DNA of 64,000 nucleotides, taken from the NCBI GenBank assembly GCA_002269645.1, contig NIVC01001458.1, positions 186,001 to 250,000 of the forward strand, written 5' to 3'. The number at the start of each line of letters is the position of its first letter. Positions within the stretch are counted from its first letter, which is position 1. The DNA is from Macrostomum lignano. Its lineage: Eukaryota. Made by a program: the position numbers and the translations under genes. This document shows positions 59,603 to 64,000 of this stretch, piece after piece. The notes below the pieces were generated by a model. That model worked only from the letters and a program-made list of their open reading frames with translations, had not been told where the DNA came from and ran no database searches.

Positions 59603-60242
59603 AACAACCATAAATTGGCACTGTTTCGGTGGCAGCTTCTTCTTGCAGTCGCCAACGCACTGGGAACAATTATTGAGATGGCAGGACACGCGCAGTAGGT
59701 CATCGTCACCTTCAACTGTGCCATCGTGTTTTACTGGAATGCCGGAATATTCCACTAGTTGATTAGGCGAGCTATTGTCCGGCACGAACAGATTAGTGCA
59801 AGCTGTAAACATTGTTTGCCATTGGCGAATCTCGCAGGTTGACGGGTCGGCGTATTGCACAGTCTCACCCTGGCGCACCTGTCGGTAATAGATTGAATAT
59901 CCTAGCAGGGCTCGCTTGTCCTTCACCTGGAGCATCGGCCAATGCAGCATGACGCTTCGGGACGTTACTAAACCGACCAATATGTCGAATGTTCGATTGA
60001 TGCAAGACGCCAAATCGCCGTTAGTTCTTGGCGATAGATCTTCCGCAAAGTTGATGAAATCGGTTACATTGAGAGTGTGTTTAACGAATTCAGTTATTTT
60101 ATGATTGCATAGCCGCCTGTTCATGTAGAATCGCACTTTGCCTTTGGCTACTAACAGACGCCGGCCGTTGGTGGCGTTCCATAGCGATTGTAGAAAGTCG
60201 TTGTGCTCGATGGCTAGAGAGGCCGGCTGGCTAGCTTGGTTG
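59603..60242 (-). CDS. InR: InR exon (intact copy): end of L2 and FnIII-1
   Basis: SLAIEHNDFLQSLW...GKVRFYMNRRLC...DLSPRTNGDLASC...DKRALLGYSIYYR; phase 2 acceptor at 60243, phase 0 donor GTGAGT at 59602; 640 nt. Confidence 0.88.
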
Positions 60243-60349
60243 CTGAGGAATTATTAATTATAATTCGTGATGATAATGCCTTGCATTTTAGTCTGCGTTA
60301 ATTATAAAACCCAATAGAAAACTCTAAACTAATTGATCATTTTGCATAG

Positions 60350-61280
60350 CATCACATGACTGGCACAATGGATGGTCACATGACTGGCACAATGGATGGT
60401 CACATGACTGGCACAATGGATGGTCACATGACTGGCACAATGGATGGTCACATGACTGGCACAATGGATGGTCACATGACTGGCACAATGGATGGTCACA
60501 TGACTGGCACAATGGATGGTCACATGACTGGCACAATGGATGGTCACATGACTGGCACAATGGATGGTCACATGACTGGCACAATGGATGGTCACATGAC
60601 TGGCACAATGGATGGTCACATGACTGGCACAATGTATGGTCACATGACAGACACAATAGACGGTCACATGACTGGCACAATGGATGGTCACATGACTGGC
60701 ACAATGTATGGTCACATGACTGGCACAATGGATGGTCACATGACTGGCACAATGGATGGTCACATGACTGGCACAATGGATGGTCACATGACTGGCACAA
60801 TGTATGGTCACATGACAGACACAATAGACGGTCACATGACTGGCACAATGGATGGTCACATGACTGGCACAATGTATGGTCACATGACAGACACAATGGA
60901 TGGTCACATGACTGGCACAATGGATGGTCACATGACTGGCACAATGGATGGTCACATGACTGGCACAATGGATGGTCACATGACTGGCACAATGGATGGT
61001 CACATGACTGGCACAATGGATGGTCACATGACTGGCACAATGTATGGTCACATGACAGACACAATAGACGGTCACATGACTGGCACAATGGATGGTCACA
61101 TGACTGGCACAATGTATGGTCACATGACAGACACAATAGACGGTCACATGACTGGCACAATGGATGGTCACATGACAGACACAATAGACGGTCACATGAC
61201 TGGCACAATGGATGGTCACATGACAGACACAATAGACGGTCACATGACTGGCACAATAGATGATCACATGACTGGCACAG
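60350..61280. repeat. 24-bp minisatellite (ggtcacatgactggcacaatggat)
   Basis: 8-aa ORF periodicity MTGTMDGH. Confidence 0.96.
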
Positions 61281-61335
61281 GTCACAGTGGGTGATCTGTG
61301 ATGGCTCTCTCGCACCAGGTAGAACGAGCACTCAC

Positions 61336-61489
61336 CGCTGCCCGGCAGAGCCGCTGTTTTTCCCGTGAATGACCCGCAAGTTGGACAGAAAGGACAGCGA
61401 AGTGAGGGCGGGCGAGTTGATAATCATGAGGCTCTCCTCGATTTCCGTCAGATCGCGAAAGCTCTCCAGTAGGCGTTTCTCCAGGTCAG
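61336..61489 (-). CDS. InR: InR exon: L2 domain (most 5' exon recognisable in this window)
   Basis: DLEKRLLESFRDLTEIEESLMIINSPALTSLSFLSNLRVIHG matches InR L2 [38 protein letters not shown]; phase 1 acceptor at 61490, phase 2 donor GTGAGT at 61335. Confidence 0.88.
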
Positions 61490-61669
61490 CTGGAATGACA
61501 ATTGGAACCAGTCGAAATATGTTGAAGAAATTATCATGAAGCCCGTATTAGTTCAGGCTGATTCACCTTAAAAATTAATTGGTTTACCTGTCACCAAAGG
61601 GTACTGCAAGTACTCGTAAGTTAGCTTGCTATAGCGCAATTATACGATAGCGCTAGTAAATACTTTCGC

Positions 61670-61754
61670 CTGTCTGTACTTCTGTCTGTCTGTCTATGTC
61701 TGTCCGTCTGACTCAATGTCTGTCTGTCTCTCTGTCTGTCTGTCTGTCTGTCTC

Positions 61755-61790
<36 letters not shown>

Positions 61791-61792
61791 CC

Positions 61793-61889
<97 letters not shown>

Positions 61890-61892
61890 GCC

Positions 61893-61934
<42 letters not shown>

Positions 61935-61980
61935 ACTCAATGTCTGTCTGTCTGTCTGTCTGTCTATCCGTCTGACTCAA

Positions 61981-62021
<41 letters not shown>

Positions 62022-62133
62022 GCCTGTCTGTCTGTTTGTGTGTCTGTGTGTCTGTCTGTCTGACTCAGTGTCTGTCTGTCTGTCTGTCTGATTGTCCGTC
62101 TGACTCAGTGTCTGTCTGTCTGTCTTAGTGTAA

Positions 62134-62169
<36 letters not shown>

Positions 62170-62280
62170 TAGTGTCTGTGTGTCTGTCTGTCTATCTGTG
62201 TGTCTGTCTGTCTGTCTGTCTGTCTTAGTGTCTGTGTGTCTGTCTGTCTGTCTGTCTGTCTTAGTGTAAGTCTGTCTGTC
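61670..62280. repeat. (TCTG)n microsatellite
   Basis: Direct reading. Confidence 0.96.
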
Positions 62281-62849
62281 AGTAAGGATTAACAATCATC
62301 ATAATGAATGCACATGGAGCAGAGTGAGGCTGCACCTCTTCGGTATGCTAGCGTGCACTTATTATATTTCTTCGCCGGAAATTAGGAGAATGGCTACACT
62401 ACTGGCATAGTAGCCTTGCCATCAGGATATGACTGCTTGATATTAGGTCTCTTATTCATTAAACCTAAAGCCCACAATAGTGCACAAGCATGACGGAGAA
62501 AAACAGCTATGATATTTCAAGCGTAACTGAATTTTATCCATCTAATGAAAAAACAAGAATCCAATTTCGCGTTCATCCACCCTGGGGTGCTTTTTTTCTC
62601 GTTTCGTTACATTCCTAAAATGCAGCTGTTTGCTGCTTTAATTTTGCTATTTTATTTCCGCGGATGATGAGGCGCTGCACTCTGCAAAATTTATTCGATG
62701 GACCATGCGAGGCAAAGCGTGTGCAGTCAATTTACTGTCGAATATTTATAGTATCTGCAAAAAATTATGCAGCAACTGGGGAAGAACACGCGTATCCAAG
62801 ACAACAGACGTTTGGCGGATTGCTCGTGGGAACAGCTGCCTAGCCTGTG

Positions 62850-62945
62850 TAGACAGACAGACAGACCGACAGACAGGCAGACAGACAGACAGACAGACAG
62901 GCAGACAGACAGACAGACAGACAGACAGGCAGACAGACAGACAAA
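62850..62945. repeat. (CAGA)n microsatellite
   Basis: Direct reading. Confidence 0.95.
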
Positions 62946-62947
62946 TA

Positions 62948-63365
62948 GCAAGGCTCATGGGGGATTGCTAAGATGTCAAGGCTCATGGGGGATTACTAAG
63001 ATGTCAAGGCTCATGGGGGTATCGCTAAGATGTCAAGGCTCATGGGGTATTGCTAAGATGTCAAGGCTCATGGGGTATTGCTAAGATGTCAAGGCTAATG
63101 GGGGAATTGCTAAGATGTCAAGGCTAATGGGGGAATTGCTAAGATGTCAAGGCTAATGGGGGAATTGCTAAGATGTCAAGGCTAATGGGGGAATTGCTAA
63201 GATGTCAAGGCTAATGGGGAATTGCTAAGATGTCAAGGCTAATGGGGGAATTGCTAAGATGTCAAGGCTAATGGGGGAATTGCTAAGATGTCAAGGCTAA
63301 TGGGGGAATTGCTAAGATGTCAAGGCTAATGGGGGAATTGCTAAGATGTCAAGGCTCATGGGGGG
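62948..63365. repeat. 29-bp minisatellite (aaggctaatgggggaattgctaagatgtc)
   Basis: Period 29 (63121 to 63150). Confidence 0.95.
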
Positions 63366-64000
63366 AATCGCTGAAATGCTGTGGCATTAACAAGCTTTAA
63401 TAAATTAGCTCGTAAATGCGACGGCACAAGGTGAAAACCTACAGGTAGTTTATTTAAAAACTTTTGAGCTGCTCCTAAGCTCAAACTAACTGTAAAAGCA
63501 ATACTCGCTTGCTCCTTTGAGTAACGAATTTAATCATGCAGGCGGTCTGCCTCTGACGTGTATGGCGCAGACTGGGGGGGGGGCAGACCAGCACTTTAAG
63601 TAATGTTTAAACTCTGCTAAATTTATTCTTGTAAATGATTAAATTGAATGCTCACAGGATCAAGCTGGCTGCAACAAAGGTATAGCATATTCTAATCCGA
63701 ACATTTCATTAGCGAGATGGCAAATTAACTTCAGTGCTTTAATATTAAAGCACTGTATTCCGTCTGCTATACACAGTGTGTTCTCTAAATAGATTATTTT
63801 GTAGATAGCATTGCGTCAAATGGGGCTCTACAACCATTAAAGAAAGTGCTGAGTGCACTTTAAGCGACATTGTCGCACAACCGGCGAGAGGCATTGCTGC
63901 CCATTCCGCCGACTCCCCTGAGCAGGCACACAAGCGCGCGGATACGTACGCAGTCATACGCACAGGCACATACTCACACAGGAGTGCGCAGCGGCCCTAA

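Noticed and set aside
30825-62280. Apparent rule that intronic arrays are C/T-rich on the sense strand
   Set aside because: Holds for several arrays, but 46372-48712, 52478-53468 and 61670-62280 are opposite; too few arrays to claim a bias.
62727-62848. Candidate further InR exon after acceptor-like tctacacag at 62849
   Set aside because: No frame resembles the expected CR/L2 junction (xGCTxIxGxLxIxI) and there is no good phase-1 donor.
2046-63365. CRISPR-like regular repeats
   Set aside because: Units are head-to-tail with no unique spacers, there are no cas genes, and the context is a spliced eukaryotic genome.

Overview
Eukaryotic (metazoan) genomic DNA. GC-rich exons sit in introns filled with short-unit minisatellites, which cover roughly 45-50% of the window. 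This style suggests the flatworm Macrostomum lignano or a relative (inference from genome style, not demonstrated). Three spliced genes can be rebuilt by hand with consistent splice phases. (1) A complete 3-exon, 335-aa two-Ig-domain type I membrane protein (minus, 9701-12394). (2) A 3-exon GID8/TWA1-like LisH-CTLH-CRA gene (plus, 21846-25912). (3) The 3' ~1180 codons of an insulin/IGF receptor (InR) tyrosine kinase (minus, 61489 to 30001; L1/CR and start of L2 lie beyond the window). Two InR exons are present twice in a ~5.9-kb tandem duplication across a 119-N gap. The lower-coordinate copy is frameshifted, and the duplication is most likely an unmerged contig overlap. Mobile elements include three MITE families with 8-bp TSDs, a long-TIR Tc1/IS630-like relic, a tRNA-derived CORE-like SINE and an unnamed ~170-bp dispersed repeat. 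Most long ORFs in the track are translations of tandem repeats and are not genes. The best leads are the divergent InR ectodomain, an inverted MITE pair around GID8 exons 2-3 that may supply its polyA signal, minisatellites made of TF-motif or 3'-splice-site-like units, and higher-order repeat structure inside intronic arrays.
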